Source: Candidatus Moraniibacteriota bacterium
Lineage (GTDB): Bacteria > Patescibacteriota > Minisyncoccia > Moranbacterales > GCA-2747515
Reading direction: 5' to 3'
Assembly (NCBI GenBank): GCA_947311515.1
Contig: CAMZLB010000031.1
Location: 922-64,921, forward strand
DNA length: 64,000 nt
The position numbers and the translations under genes are program-made. This document shows positions 1 to 10,535 of this stretch, piece after piece. The notes beneath the pieces were generated by a model. The model was given only the letters and a program-made list of their open reading frames with translations, searched no databases and was not told the origin of the DNA. Position 1 is the first letter of the stretch, and each line of letters starts with the position of its first letter.

Positions 1-1104
1 TTCACCATCTCTTATTTCACCGACCATTATAACATCAGGATCTTGTCGCAAAATACTACGTAATCCACTCGAAAAAGTATATCCAATCTCTGGCTTAACT
101 TGTGACTGATTTATACCTGGTATAAAGTACTCAACTGGATCTTCTAGTGTTATTATATTTCCATCTTCACCATTCAAAATACTCAAGAAAGCATATAAAG
201 TAGTTGATTTACCTGAACCTGTTGGTCCCGTCATAAGAATCATTCCAAAAGGATCCCTGATATGTTCCATAAACATTTCATACTGAGAACCCATCAAACC
301 TAACTTTTCTAAATCAAATGACTGCCTATCTTTTTCCAATACACGCATAACAATTTTTTCGCCCTCAACTACAGGCAATGTCGATACACGAAAATCAACA
401 GCGCTACCTTTCTCTATTATTCTGAAACGACCATCTTGAGGCTTTCTCTTCTCATCAATTTTAAGTGAAGATAGAATTTTAATTCTAGAAGTTACTGCTC
501 TACCTACGTCAGATGGAAATGTCAATGAAGCATGTAAAATTCCATCAATTCTAAACCTAACTCTGTAAACCTTATCAATTGGTTCTATATGAATATCGGA
601 AGCACCTCCTTCAAGTGCGTGTTTTATAATAACTTGTACAAGTTTTGACACTGGAGCTTCTCTCAAATTTTCTAACGAAGAAGACTCTACGACATTTGAT
701 TTACGACCCTTTACTCCATCCAATAACTCATCTTCTTCTCCTAATGCTTGAACAGCACTTGCAACAGCCTTTTCTGTAGACTTATAAAAACCAAGTAACT
801 CTTCGAGTGTACCTTTATCTACAAGATATGATTCAATGCTTAAATCATCTTTTTGTGCCATAAAACGTAAAATATTCAAGGCATTAAGATCTTGAGGATC
901 TAACATTGCAACTCTAATAACACCTGTTATTTCATCTTTTTCAAAGGCTACCATACCATACTTCTTTGCAATATCTTCTGACATTAATTGTATGATATGA
1001 GATTCAACTTTTTTTGGAGCAACTCTCAAGAACGGCATATTTAATTTTTCTGCTCTTTCCCTTAAACTTTCTACATTATTATTTTTTTGTTTTTCTTGAT
1101 TCAC
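1..1104 (-). CDS. pilB: Type IV pilus assembly ATPase, PilB/GspE family (3' end runs off the window)
   Basis: Not in the ORF track. Manual translation from GTG at 1104 gives Walker A GPTGSGKST, TLEDPVEY, DIHIEP and RQDPDVIMVGEIRD. Confidence 0.93.
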   Translation of the reverse strand, partial: MNQEKQKNNNVESLRERAEKLNMPFLRVAPKKVESHIIQLMSEDIAKKYGMVAFEKDEITGVIRVAMLDPQDLNALNILRFMAQKDDLSIESYLVDKGTLEELLGFYKSTEKAVASAVQALGEEDELLDGVKGRKSNVVESSSLENLREAPVSKLVQVIIKHALEGGASDIHIEPIDKVYRVRFRIDGILHASLTFPSDVGRAVTSRIKILSSLKIDEKRKPQDGRFRIIEKGSAVDFRVSTLPVVEGEKIVMRVLEKDRQSFDLEKLGLMGSQYEMFMEHIRDPFGMILMTGPTGSGKSTTLYAFLSILNGEDGNIITLEDPVEYFIPGINQSQVKPEIGYTFSSGLRSILRQDPDVIMVGEIRDGE

Positions 1105-1122
1105 AAAATTATTTTTAATTTA

Positions 1123-1827
1123 CTAAGGCATAAATGGATTTTGTCTAGCCTGCACTTGAGCTTCTATATCTATAACTCTATTTACTTTATTTTTAATTTT
1201 TGTAATTTTTGCATAATCAACATCACCCAATATTTTCACATCATTTATATTTCCAACTGATGAACTAGTATTAAAATAATCAAATGACAATGTTAACATT
1301 AATTGATCTGATGTAGTTGTTTCTTTTTCTGAATTTACTTTCATTACTTCAATACTTCCTGCGGTAAATGCATAGAGCCTATTCATAATAAACACTCTTT
1401 CTATAAATTTATATATATTTTCATAAGTACCTGTAACTACCATACTACTTTCTACCTTTTCAATTTTTTTCAAATCTGATTCATCTTCTCTCTTTACTGT
1501 ATTTGTATTTTTGGAATTGAAACTTAGTGACGTTAGAGTGACACCACTTTCTATAGCATGTCTTGATATAATATTTATAAGCTTATCCTCTTCAACCTCT
1601 TTCGGAACAAAATTATTCAGAAATCCCTGTTCCGCTTTATGATTATTTGAATCGCTAATAAATTTTTTTAAAATAGCTAAATCTTTATTTAACTTTGCCT
1701 TTCTATCTTCTTGATTTTTGATCTCTTCCTTAAGTGATGCATTTTCTTTAAAAGTTGGCACAATGAACACAATAGTTGAATATATTGCTATTATTATAAC
1801 AAAAGGAAATAGAATAATTTTACTCAT
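1123..1827 (-). CDS. pilO: Type IV pilus assembly protein, PilO-like
   Basis: N-terminal TM, coiled coil and a VTGTYENIYKFIE motif; lies between pilN-like and pilB genes. Confidence 0.75.
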   Translation of the reverse strand: MSKIILFPFVIIIAIYSTIVFIVPTFKENASLKEEIKNQEDRKAKLNKDLAILKKFISDSNNHKAEQGFLNNFVPKEVEEDKLINIISRHAIESGVTLTSLSFNSKNTNTVKREDESDLKKIEKVESSMVVTGTYENIYKFIERVFIMNRLYAFTAGSIEVMKVNSEKETTTSDQLMLTLSFDYFNTSSSVGNINDVKILGDVDYAKITKIKNKVNRVIDIEAQVQARQNPFMP

Positions 1828-2016
1828 AATTTAATTGATATTGATTATTTATTTGAATAATTTCTTTATTGAACTTATCCCTAATTAAACTTGATGAATT
1901 TTTACTACAGTGTTGTTAAAAAAGTCTAGAAATACCGCAGTATTAGTAACATTTTTTTTAACAAGCTATAATAAAAATTAATACACTTAATTTAAGACTT
2001 GTTTAGAGATTAGTTA

Positions 2017-2607
2017 TTATACGCCAAAAGGTCGTTTGTCAGATCCAACTTCTCTCAAAATTAACTCTGCCGAAAAAACCTTTCTACCAGTCTCTTCATC
2101 AACACTGATGTCCGATACACTCACCTTACTAAAAGTCTCATTATTCTTCCATGAACGAACCTGTGCAGCTAATACATCATCAGTTTCTGCATCTCCTGTA
2201 ATCATTATCATCTGTCCGCCAATATCTGAATCATTCATGTTTTTGTCTTCTGCGTACTCCAATGAAATTAATACAACTCTTGGAACCATCCCATTTCCTA
2301 ACTCAGTTAATATTTTTTCCAATCCTTGCTGTTTATGCAAAAAATACTCCACAGCTAAAACAGAAAAAGCCTTCTGAGAATTTTCTGCGAGACCTTTTTT
2401 GATTTGAGTTTCTATGTCTTCCGCTTCCTTAATTACACCAGCCAACTTTACTTCAGTTTGTTTTTTTATATAAAATGCAACACCATAAGTTGCTACCACA
2501 CTCACCAAAACCACAAACGCAAACACTAAACTAGCTGAAGCAAGTTTAGTTTTTCTATATTTTACTTTATCAGAATTAGGACTTCTAAAACTTACACCTG
2601 ATGCCAT
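2017..2607 (-). CDS. pilN: Type IV pilus assembly protein, PilN-like
   Basis: TM plus coiled coil plus ITGDA...F..V..S pattern; downstream of pilM. Confidence 0.7.
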   Translation of the reverse strand: MASGVSFRSPNSDKVKYRKTKLASASLVFAFVVLVSVVATYGVAFYIKKQTEVKLAGVIKEAEDIETQIKKGLAENSQKAFSVLAVEYFLHKQQGLEKILTELGNGMVPRVVLISLEYAEDKNMNDSDIGGQMIMITGDAETDDVLAAQVRSWKNNETFSKVSVSDISVDEETGRKVFSAELILREVGSDKRPFGV

Positions 2608-2824
2608 ATACTTTTATTTATTTTAAAAATTATACCCAGAAATATTATTAATTTAACATATTATCGCAAAACTATAAAGTGACCAAGTCTTGCTATAGCT
2701 AATCACTAAAAAAATAATAAATTTTTTCTTATCTATATAATACCACACTTTTAGATTTAAAAAAACCTTAGAATTATCTCAATTATTTATCATTAAGATG
2801 AATTCTCTTTCTTAAACTTAGCAA

Positions 2825-3394
2825 AATGATTTTCATATTAAAAACGATCCTTGATATTTTATTATTCACATTTTCAATAGATAAATCATATTTTTTGATA
2901 ATATCCGTGCCACTGATGTTCCTCCTATACCAGCATCATTCCAATCAAAGTCTAATTTTTTTACTACTTTTTAAATGCCTAATTCACTTTTACCTTATAT
3001 TTCAATACATGTTTCACAAAAAGGTCGTGTATTTATAATTATCTCAATATTATCTAAATTCCCAAATTTCACGTTCAGTCTCTTGAAATTATTTTTCTTT
3101 TAATCCTAAATCTATTGCAAAACAACAAGCTTTTTGAAAATCTAAAACTTCTATTCCTGATTCCTTTTTATAACTGTCTAAATAGCTAATCTTTAAAGCC
3201 ATTGTTATCTTATCATTTCCTTCATCTTTCACTCTAGCATATTTATAATTAGCATCAATATTGATCAGAGGCAAAAATATCATTCTTTTCATGAAAATTT
3301 GAAACTTTGTTTTTTTTACACAGACCTTACTTAATTTTCTTCTGACATCTTCTTTATCTATATTGAAAAATTTAACCTCATATTCTATGTGTAT
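2825..3394 (-). pseudogene. CYTH-domain (CyaB-like) protein pseudogene
   Basis: Stitched frames read IEYEVKF (ExExK) ... ARVKDEG..ITMALK ... KE..IEV.DF ... *FQETEREIWE / LDNIEI..NTRPF..CIEI*G ... LDFDW, with several frameshifts and TAA stops. ORF 3089..3292 is one fragment. Confidence 0.8.
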
Positions 3395-3401
3395 AGTATT
3401 T

Positions 3402-4448
3402 TTATTTATCTAATCCATGTAATGCTAGCCCAGCTGCAACACAATACGAAGAATCTAAAACTATAGGATTTCCTGATTTATCTTTAAATGTACTTTTTAT
3501 ATATTTCATAGGATCAGCTAAATTTACAGGAGAACCAAGTTCTCTTTCTAAGTAACTATCTATCCCTTTCATTTTAGAGGAACCTCCTGCAATAATAGTT
3601 TCATCCAAAAAATCAATATTTTGTATTTTTTTCATACGATTTATCTCAGATACTATATAATCAATTGATGGAAATTCTAAAGATGTTACTCCCTCCAAAA
3701 GATTCTTATCTGATTCCTTCATCTCACGTGCTCTTTTGGATGAAATTTTCATATTATCTGCGATAGAATTAGTTAAATCAATACCTCCTATATCAATATT
3801 TCTATTAACTCGAACTATTCCATTCACAAGCAATACTAAATTCGTAGTTTTTGCACCAATATCAGCAAGCATCAATACCTTTTTTCCACTATTTTTTGCT
3901 AAAATTCTTGAAAGTGAAAAAGTTTCTAACTCTAATAACTCAACATCTAAATTCGTACCTTTCAGCAAATTATCATAATACGAAACTTCTGTCTTTGGAG
4001 CTGCTACCAAAAGAACTTTCATAGTATTTTTATTAGTCTTTTCTTCATCATTTTCTAAGCTTTCTATAATTTCCCAACTTACATTTACATCATCTAATGG
4101 CATAGGAATATGTTTTACAGACTCATATTTAATAGCTTTTGCTAATTCTTCTTCTGTCATTTTTGGAAAATCCACCATCATTACAAGTCCATTGAATGCA
4201 GGTATAGCGACGCTAACTTTTTTTGAATGTAGCTTTAATTTACTCAATAAAGCCTCCAGTCCTTCTTTTAATAAAACTGAATAATCATTATCACGATCTA
4301 GAAGACTTTTTTTTGCTTTATCCAAAATAACTTGACCATAATTAACCAAGTTAGCTTTTCCTTTTACAATTCTTATCTCAACAACTTTAATACTACGAGT
4401 ACCAAAGTCTATTCCTAAAAAATATTCGCCATTAGAGCCAAAAAACAT
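3402..4448 (-). CDS. pilM: Type IV pilus assembly protein PilM
   Basis: GIDFGTRSIKVVE, LADIGAKTT and AGGSS actin-like ATPase motifs. Confidence 0.93.
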   Translation of the reverse strand: MFFGSNGEYFLGIDFGTRSIKVVEIRIVKGKANLVNYGQVILDKAKKSLLDRDNDYSVLLKEGLEALLSKLKLHSKKVSVAIPAFNGLVMMVDFPKMTEEELAKAIKYESVKHIPMPLDDVNVSWEIIESLENDEEKTNKNTMKVLLVAAPKTEVSYYDNLLKGTNLDVELLELETFSLSRILAKNSGKKVLMLADIGAKTTNLVLLVNGIVRVNRNIDIGGIDLTNSIADNMKISSKRAREMKESDKNLLEGVTSLEFPSIDYIVSEINRMKKIQNIDFLDETIIAGGSSKMKGIDSYLERELGSPVNLADPMKYIKSTFKDKSGNPIVLDSSYCVAAGLALHGLDK

Positions 4449-4536
4449 ACACTATATAGAAAGAAATTAAATTTATTTTTCATCATCATTTAAATTCAGT
4501 ATACCATAGAAATAACTCTATACAAAAAAACTATTT

Positions 4537-5817
4537 TTACTTACTTTTTACATTAGCTATATCTTCAAATTTACTTTTCATAGTTGGATTTCCTCGTGTT
4601 ACTTTTTTTATAGTCAAGGTCTCCGCTTTAGCATTAGCAAGACGAAGATTATTTTCTGATGACCATAAAGCATCTTTTGTTTTTTGTAAATGATTTATAG
4701 TTTTATCTATTTCATCGATAGCTGTTTTGAATTTACGACTTGCTAGATCATAATTTTTTGCAAACCCTTCTTTAAATTTATTCATATTATCCTCAAAGTC
4801 ACTAATATCAATATTCTGATTTCTTACTAAAGCGAGTTCAACCTTGTATTTTAGCGAATTTAAGGCAGCATCACGAAGTATCGTAATGATTGGAATAAAA
4901 AACTGCGGTCTAATTACATACATTTTTGGGTACTTATAAGAAACATCAACTATACCGGAATTGTAAAGTTCACTTTCTATTTCCAATAGAGAAACAAGTA
5001 CTGCATATTCACATTTTTTATTTATTCTATCTTTATTGAGTTTTTGTAGAAAATCTTCATTTTTCTTCTTATTCAAAGTTTTTTCTTCTTCATTTTTCAT
5101 TTCAAACATTATAGAAATAATTTCATTTCCTGATTCATCAGTTTCACGATAAATATAGTCACCCTTATTTCCACCACTAACATCATTATCCTTTTCAAAA
5201 TAGGAATTTTGAAAAGCAGTCGCACGGAGCTTATTAAATTCAGTTTCACAGTGTTGTTCAAGTGTTTCACCGATCATTTTTGTAGAAAGCTTAAGTTTCA
5301 TGTCCTTACGAAGAGCAATTTCTTCATCTCTTGCTTTGATTATTTCATCTTTTGCTTTAATTTTTGCAAAAAACTTTTCCTCTATAGATTTCTCCAATAA
5401 TTTTTTCTCTATTTCTTTATTTCTTAATTCACTAATTAACTTATCTCGTTCTTTTTCTATTTTTATTGTAGCTTGTATTATATCAATTTTTTTTTCTGCA
5501 TTAACTTTATCAAGTTTTGAATTTAATTCAGAAATTTCAATATTTTTTCTTGTTATTTCTCCATTTAATTCATCTTTTAATTTAGAGTGTAGATTTGATA
5601 TTTCTAAATCTTTTTTTGCAATTTTTTCTTGTAACTTATTCTCAAGGTTAACTCTTAAGAGTTTAATTTCACTATCTTTCTCTTTTTCTATAGATTTTAA
5701 TCTATCATGAATTTCTTCACTAAATTGACTATCACGAACTTGTTTTACTATGCTAGCAAAGTCAGTTTCATCAATTTTGAAAAGCTTCTTACAATGTGGA
5801 CATTTTATATCTTTCAT
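4537..5817 (-). CDS. DUF2130 domain protein
   Basis: N-terminal IKCPHC, long coiled coil, [38 protein letters not shown]. Confidence 0.9.
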   Translation of the reverse strand: MKDIKCPHCKKLFKIDETDFASIVKQVRDSQFSEEIHDRLKSIEKEKDSEIKLLRVNLENKLQEKIAKKDLEISNLHSKLKDELNGEITRKNIEISELNSKLDKVNAEKKIDIIQATIKIEKERDKLISELRNKEIEKKLLEKSIEEKFFAKIKAKDEIIKARDEEIALRKDMKLKLSTKMIGETLEQHCETEFNKLRATAFQNSYFEKDNDVSGGNKGDYIYRETDESGNEIISIMFEMKNEEEKTLNKKKNEDFLQKLNKDRINKKCEYAVLVSLLEIESELYNSGIVDVSYKYPKMYVIRPQFFIPIITILRDAALNSLKYKVELALVRNQNIDISDFEDNMNKFKEGFAKNYDLASRKFKTAIDEIDKTINHLQKTKDALWSSENNLRLANAKAETLTIKKVTRGNPTMKSKFEDIANVKSK

Positions 5818-5929
5818 ACCTTTTTAGTTTAATTTAATTTATTATATCATAAATATTACTTTAAATTATATTCATAAAAAATTGAAAAATGAGTATTGCA
5901 TAATTCATGCTAAATAGACTTTAAAAACA

Positions 5930-6619
5930 TTATAAATGTTCTTTACTAATAATATTCCAAAGAATTGTATCTAAGTGTAATTCTGGGACATTTAATTTAA
6001 ATGAAATAGTTTTGTAAAAATCTTTAATATTTACTTTAGAATTTTTATTAAATTTTTTATATATTTTTATAAGTCTACTATCTATCGGAATCCCTAAAGA
6101 AGTTGGAAAAATTTCATTATAATTAAAAACATTTCTAGCGGAATAAGAAAACATTTTAACAGCAAAAACAATAGTTTTTGCATCTTTTTTTTGTTTCATT
6201 ACTTTTGATAGATCCAATGCAAAAATATCCATATTTTTATAGTAAAATTCGAATGCTTTATTATTTAACATAGAATAATTATCTATAAATTTATCTATTC
6301 TTTTAATTTTAATATTTACTAATCTTTTATTATTTTTAGAATTAGTTAAAAAAATAATCAAAACCTCTTTTACTTGCTGTAATGTATTCACATCCTTATC
6401 CTTTGTGTACTTATAAAATTCTTCCCAATAATCCTCACCATTTCCAGATAATTGATAACAAATAAGTGCATTTAAAATTACTAACTGAAAATATATTTTA
6501 TTTTTGAAGTTTTTTTCTTCGTATAATTTATTTACAGCTATAAATTGTCTATCAGATTTTTCAATTTTTAATATTTCGTTTAAAGAGTATTCTTTGAGAA
6601 TTTTATATAATTGTTCCAT
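5930..6619 (-). CDS. N-glycosylase/DNA lyase, AGOG family (8-oxoG)
   Basis: D.QF, NALICYQLSG.GEDYWEEF, KTIVFAVKMF, IPIDSRL and LHLDTILW motifs. Confidence 0.85.
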   Translation of the reverse strand: MEQLYKILKEYSLNEILKIEKSDRQFIAVNKLYEEKNFKNKIYFQLVILNALICYQLSGNGEDYWEEFYKYTKDKDVNTLQQVKEVLIIFLTNSKNNKRLVNIKIKRIDKFIDNYSMLNNKAFEFYYKNMDIFALDLSKVMKQKKDAKTIVFAVKMFSYSARNVFNYNEIFPTSLGIPIDSRLIKIYKKFNKNSKVNIKDFYKTISFKLNVPELHLDTILWNIISKEHL

Positions 6620-6694
6620 TTTTGCAAAATTAAAATTAAAGACAGACTCTGTAAAGTATGTTAATATAGATATATAATATATTATTTTACTAGT

Positions 6695-8395
6695 ATGAAA
6701 TCAATAAGGCAAGTTTTACTTATTATCTTTGTTATAATTTTTCTACCCTATTATTCTTATGCACAAGAACGAATAATAAAATTTGATGTTGATATAACAA
6801 TGAATCCTAATTCAAATATAGATATAACAGAAACGATAAAGTACGACTTTTCTATACAAAAAAAACATGGAATATACAGAACTATTCCTGTTAAATACAA
6901 AACTGACTTAGGACTAAGAAGAAACCTAAAAATAAAAAATATTTCCGTAGTTGATGAAATGGGTAACTCCTATAATTTTAAAAAAATTAATGATGGTAAT
7001 AACATTAAAATACGTATAGGTGACGCCGATAAAACAATAACAGGAACTCATACTTATGAAATATCTTATACTATACTCGGTGCTATCAATTACTTTGACA
7101 ATCATGATGAGCTTTACTGGAACATTACTGGAAATAATTGGGATCTTCCAATTGATTCTGTGAGTGCAATGATTCATTCTTCCGGAATTGAAAAAATTGA
7201 ATGTTATAAAGGGACTGAAAATAGCAAGGAAACTTGTAATAAAAAGTTTTTTAATGAAACTTATGCAGATTTTAAAGATTTAGATTTTTCTCCTAATGAG
7301 GGAATGACAATTGTAGTAGGTATATCCAAAGGAATCATACAAGAAATGACTACTATTGAAAAAATATTGCAGTTTTTACTTAATAATTCACTCGAACTTC
7401 TATTTCCTATTGTTACAATTATTGCTCTATTTACTCACTGGTGGAAATTTGGACGAGACTTTAAATCTGACAAATCTATAGTTCCTACATGGGAAATTCC
7501 AAATAATTTACGACCTGGTGAACTTGGTATAATAATTGATGAAACTTTTGACTCAGAAGATTTTTCTTCCATTGTAATTGACTTAGCTGTGCGTGGCTAT
7601 ATCACTATAAAACAAATAAATACTAGTGTTTTATTTTTAAAATCATCCGACTATGAATTAACTTTATTAAAAAATAATTCTGATATATATTCAGATAATT
7701 CACTAGAACAATATGAGCGAGACTTCTTAGTAGCATTTTTTGGTAGTCAAAAAAAAGTCTTAATTTCGAGTAAAAAACAGAAATTTAGCAAAACATATCA
7801 AAAGTTAACATCACAAGTTTATGAAAAAATTAGTGGAAATTACTTCACAAAGAATCCTAAAAAAGTTGCTTTAAAGTATGGGTTTTATGGTATAATTTTT
7901 ATAGTTTTTATAAGTATAATTGGTAGTATATTCAATAATTTAATCCTGATAATAACTGGCTGGCTTGGAGGAACTTTTATAATCATAGGATATGGAAAAC
8001 TGATGATAAGAAGAACCCACAAGGGAACTGAAACAAGAGATCAAATAGAAGGACTTAGGATGTATCTCAAAACTGCCGAAAAAAGACAATTAGAATTCTT
8101 AAATGCCCCAGAAAAAAATGCAAAGCATTTTGAAGAAATGTTACCATATGCAGTAGCACTAGGCGTTACAAAAGAATGGGGAGAACAATTTAATGATTTA
8201 ATACAAAAAGAACCTAAATGGTTGAATAATGGCGCTAACGATTTTAATGCATCAACATTTGGCTCTGCTATGTATAATTTTACTAAATCAAGCTCTAGTT
8301 CCTTAAGTTCTTCCAAGGCTTCTAGTAGCGGAAGTGGCTTCTCTGGCGGTAGTTCAGGTGGAGGTTTTGGTGGTGGAGGTGGTGGTAGCTGGTAA
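6695..8395 (+). CDS. DUF2207 membrane protein
   Basis: Signal peptide, ITETI.YDF, DELYWNITG..W, DLAVRGY, LPYAVALG and a C-terminal GGGFGGGGGGSW. Confidence 0.92.
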   Translation: MKSIRQVLLIIFVIIFLPYYSYAQERIIKFDVDITMNPNSNIDITETIKYDFSIQKKHGIYRTIPVKYKTDLGLRRNLKIKNISVVDEMGNSYNFKKINDGNNIKIRIGDADKTITGTHTYEISYTILGAINYFDNHDELYWNITGNNWDLPIDSVSAMIHSSGIEKIECYKGTENSKETCNKKFFNETYADFKDLDFSPNEGMTIVVGISKGIIQEMTTIEKILQFLLNNSLELLFPIVTIIALFTHWWKFGRDFKSDKSIVPTWEIPNNLRPGELGIIIDETFDSEDFSSIVIDLAVRGYITIKQINTSVLFLKSSDYELTLLKNNSDIYSDNSLEQYERDFLVAFFGSQKKVLISSKKQKFSKTYQKLTSQVYEKISGNYFTKNPKKVALKYGFYGIIFIVFISIIGSIFNNLILIITGWLGGTFIIIGYGKLMIRRTHKGTETRDQIEGLRMYLKTAEKRQLEFLNAPEKNAKHFEEMLPYAVALGVTKEWGEQFNDLIQKEPKWLNNGANDFNASTFGSAMYNFTKSSSSSLSSSKASSSGSGFSGGSSGGGFGGGGGGSW

Positions 8396-8836
8396 TTATA
8401 ACTATTATTTTATAACATTACTACTATCAATTCATAACAATTTAGTTGTTAAATTTATTTAAAAGATTTTTAATGTTACTACTTAAAAAACATCATTTTT
8501 AACTTTATTATTAATAGAGTGCGGATAATGCTATGAAGATAAAATTATATTTTAAAAAATCACTCTAACAAGTTTTCAGAAAAAAACTTTTACAAAATTA
8601 ACTTTGAAAGAAACCAAGGATTCGCTATGGAAGTAAGACTTTCAACAAAAGGATTGAATATACTAGAAACATATATAAAAGTGTTTGTAATAAATAAAAA
8701 AAGTTATAAAAAAAGAAAAACATTACAAATCAACATTCTGCTAAATTTAAAATATAAAAAAAGTAAAATACAATCAATAAAAACACCTATACTGCAGGTG
8801 GCTATAATTTAATAGTTTGTGTAACTTATACTTTCG

Positions 8837-9145
8837 TTAATGTGGTAACATATCAATATTTCCTACATATATCGTAAACATACAACCCCCAAATAAAAGC
8901 AAAGGGATTCCTATGCTTCCTATCAAGAATCCAATTAGTATATATTTTGTATCTGCTCTATTATAGATAATTATAATCAAAAAAGGTATAGCTAACACAA
9001 TCAATATAGGAAGAAATAAAAATGATATCCAAAGTGGTATTGAAATTAGTATTCCTAATATTAGGTATTTACGTTTTTTGTACCTAAGATTTAAATCATT
9101 TGATTTATTATCTATATTTTTTCTATCTATCTCTTTATTTTTCAT
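8837..9145 (-). CDS. Small multi-TM protein with a C-terminal lipobox-like motif (LLLFGG-C)
   Basis: 102 aa, hydrophobic; its only Cys closes the last TM segment; last gene of the radical SAM operon. Confidence 0.7.
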   Translation of the reverse strand: MKNKEIDRKNIDNKSNDLNLRYKKRKYLILGILISIPLWISFLFLPILIVLAIPFLIIIIYNRADTKYILIGFLIGSIGIPLLLFGGCMFTIYVGNIDMLPH

Positions 9146-9164
9146 ACTTTTATTATAACATAAC

Positions 9165-9941
9165 TCAAGCTAAAAAACACTTTGCGATTCTTTTTTTTAT
9201 AAAAACAAAATATATAATTATACAAAAAGACAATAGTTGAAATAAGGTTAAATTAAAAAATATTCTTGGCTCAACTCTAATAAACTCAATAAAAAATCTA
9301 TAAGAAAAATAATATATCATGAACATATCAAATAATTCACCATCTTTTGAATTATTTCTCAGCTTTATATTAATAACAACAAACATTAATAATAAAAATA
9401 CTATTTCATAAATTTGTGTTGGATGTCTCGATACACCATCACCAAAATCAACTCCCCACGGCAATTTTGTTTGCACACCGTAACAACACCCCCTCAAATA
9501 ACATCCTACTCTACCTATACCTATGCCAGCAATTATTCCTGGTACAATATTATTACCCAATCTATATTTTATTCCAATTTTATTTTTAATATAAAAAACT
9601 GCCAAAGTTCCGCCAATTAAACCACCAACTATAGTACGTCCCGAAATAATTATCCCTATATTTCCTTGAAAATTATTAATAATTTCTGGAAAATAATAAA
9701 TCCAAATAGGAATCTTTGCACCAACTATACCACCCAAAATACCAAAAAGAACTATTTCAAATAAATATTCATGTTTATATTTATCTTTATTACGAGTGTA
9801 AAAAAAAGTTATTATTATTCCTAATATTATTCCAAGAGAAACAAAAAAAGCATATGATTGTACAGTATAACTTCCTATGTGAAAAAGTTCCGGTCTAATT
9901 CCCCACCCTTCAATGTGTTCGTGATTATGTAAATCAATCAT
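9165..9941 (-). CDS. Prolipoprotein diacylglyceryl transferase (Lgt) family protein
   Basis: GGLIGG, IGRVGC..RGCCYG, LPWGV.F, RHPTQIYE and RFFIEFIR motifs. Confidence 0.9.
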   Translation of the reverse strand: MIDLHNHEHIEGWGIRPELFHIGSYTVQSYAFFVSLGIILGIIITFFYTRNKDKYKHEYLFEIVLFGILGGIVGAKIPIWIYYFPEIINNFQGNIGIIISGRTIVGGLIGGTLAVFYIKNKIGIKYRLGNNIVPGIIAGIGIGRVGCYLRGCCYGVQTKLPWGVDFGDGVSRHPTQIYEIVFLLLMFVVINIKLRNNSKDGELFDMFMIYYFSYRFFIEFIRVEPRIFFNLTLFQLLSFCIIIYFVFIKKRIAKCFLA

Positions 9942-10531
9942 TTTTTATTAATTTTAATTAAATTAGGAAAAAACATACCAACTTCTTTTGTGTATTGATT
10001 ATAATCTTCAAAATTAACTTTTAAAAGTTTTTCTTCTTGTTTAGCTCTATAAAACATAAAAGGAATAAAAACTATAGTTGTTAATATAAATACCAAATAA
10101 TTTGAATATATCATACTAGAAGCATAAAACATCCATATAATTGAAGCGTATAAGGGATGCCTAACAATTTTATATGGACCTGTTGTTACTAAATTATGAT
10201 TTTTATATATTTTTATTTGATTTGCCCAATTTTTACCAAGATAATGTCTACCCCAAATATTAAACCACGTTCCAAAAACCATAAGTATCAATCCTATGAC
10301 TACCTGATATATTGTAGTATATTCAAAAGATCCTATTTTAAAACGTAAAAATAAATAAATCAAAATAAAAAATATAGTCATACTACCTGTTTCCACTATA
10401 CTACTTTTTTCTTTTTTGACTTTATTTTTATATTGAGAATAATCCATAAAATTAAATAGTATAGCCAAAAAAATAACAAAAATACAAAAACCAACGATAA
10501 AATTAATGATTATAACACTTTGTATTATCAT
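9938..10531 (-). CDS. Isoprenylcysteine carboxyl methyltransferase (ICMT/PEMT) family protein
   Basis: LGKNW, H.LVTTGPYKIVRHPLY and RAKQEEKLL..F..Y..Y motifs; overlaps the Lgt gene start by 4 bp. Confidence 0.9.
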   Translation of the reverse strand: MIIQSVIIINFIVGFCIFVIFLAILFNFMDYSQYKNKVKKEKSSIVETGSMTIFFILIYLFLRFKIGSFEYTTIYQVVIGLILMVFGTWFNIWGRHYLGKNWANQIKIYKNHNLVTTGPYKIVRHPLYASIIWMFYASSMIYSNYLVFILTTIVFIPFMFYRAKQEEKLLKVNFEDYNQYTKEVGMFFPNLIKINKK

Positions 10532-10535
10532 ATAA

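Noticed and set aside
8627-8812. 61-aa plus-strand ORF next to the radical SAM operon as a precursor peptide
   Set aside because: Opposite strand, low-complexity Lys/Ile composition and no Cys; probably spurious.
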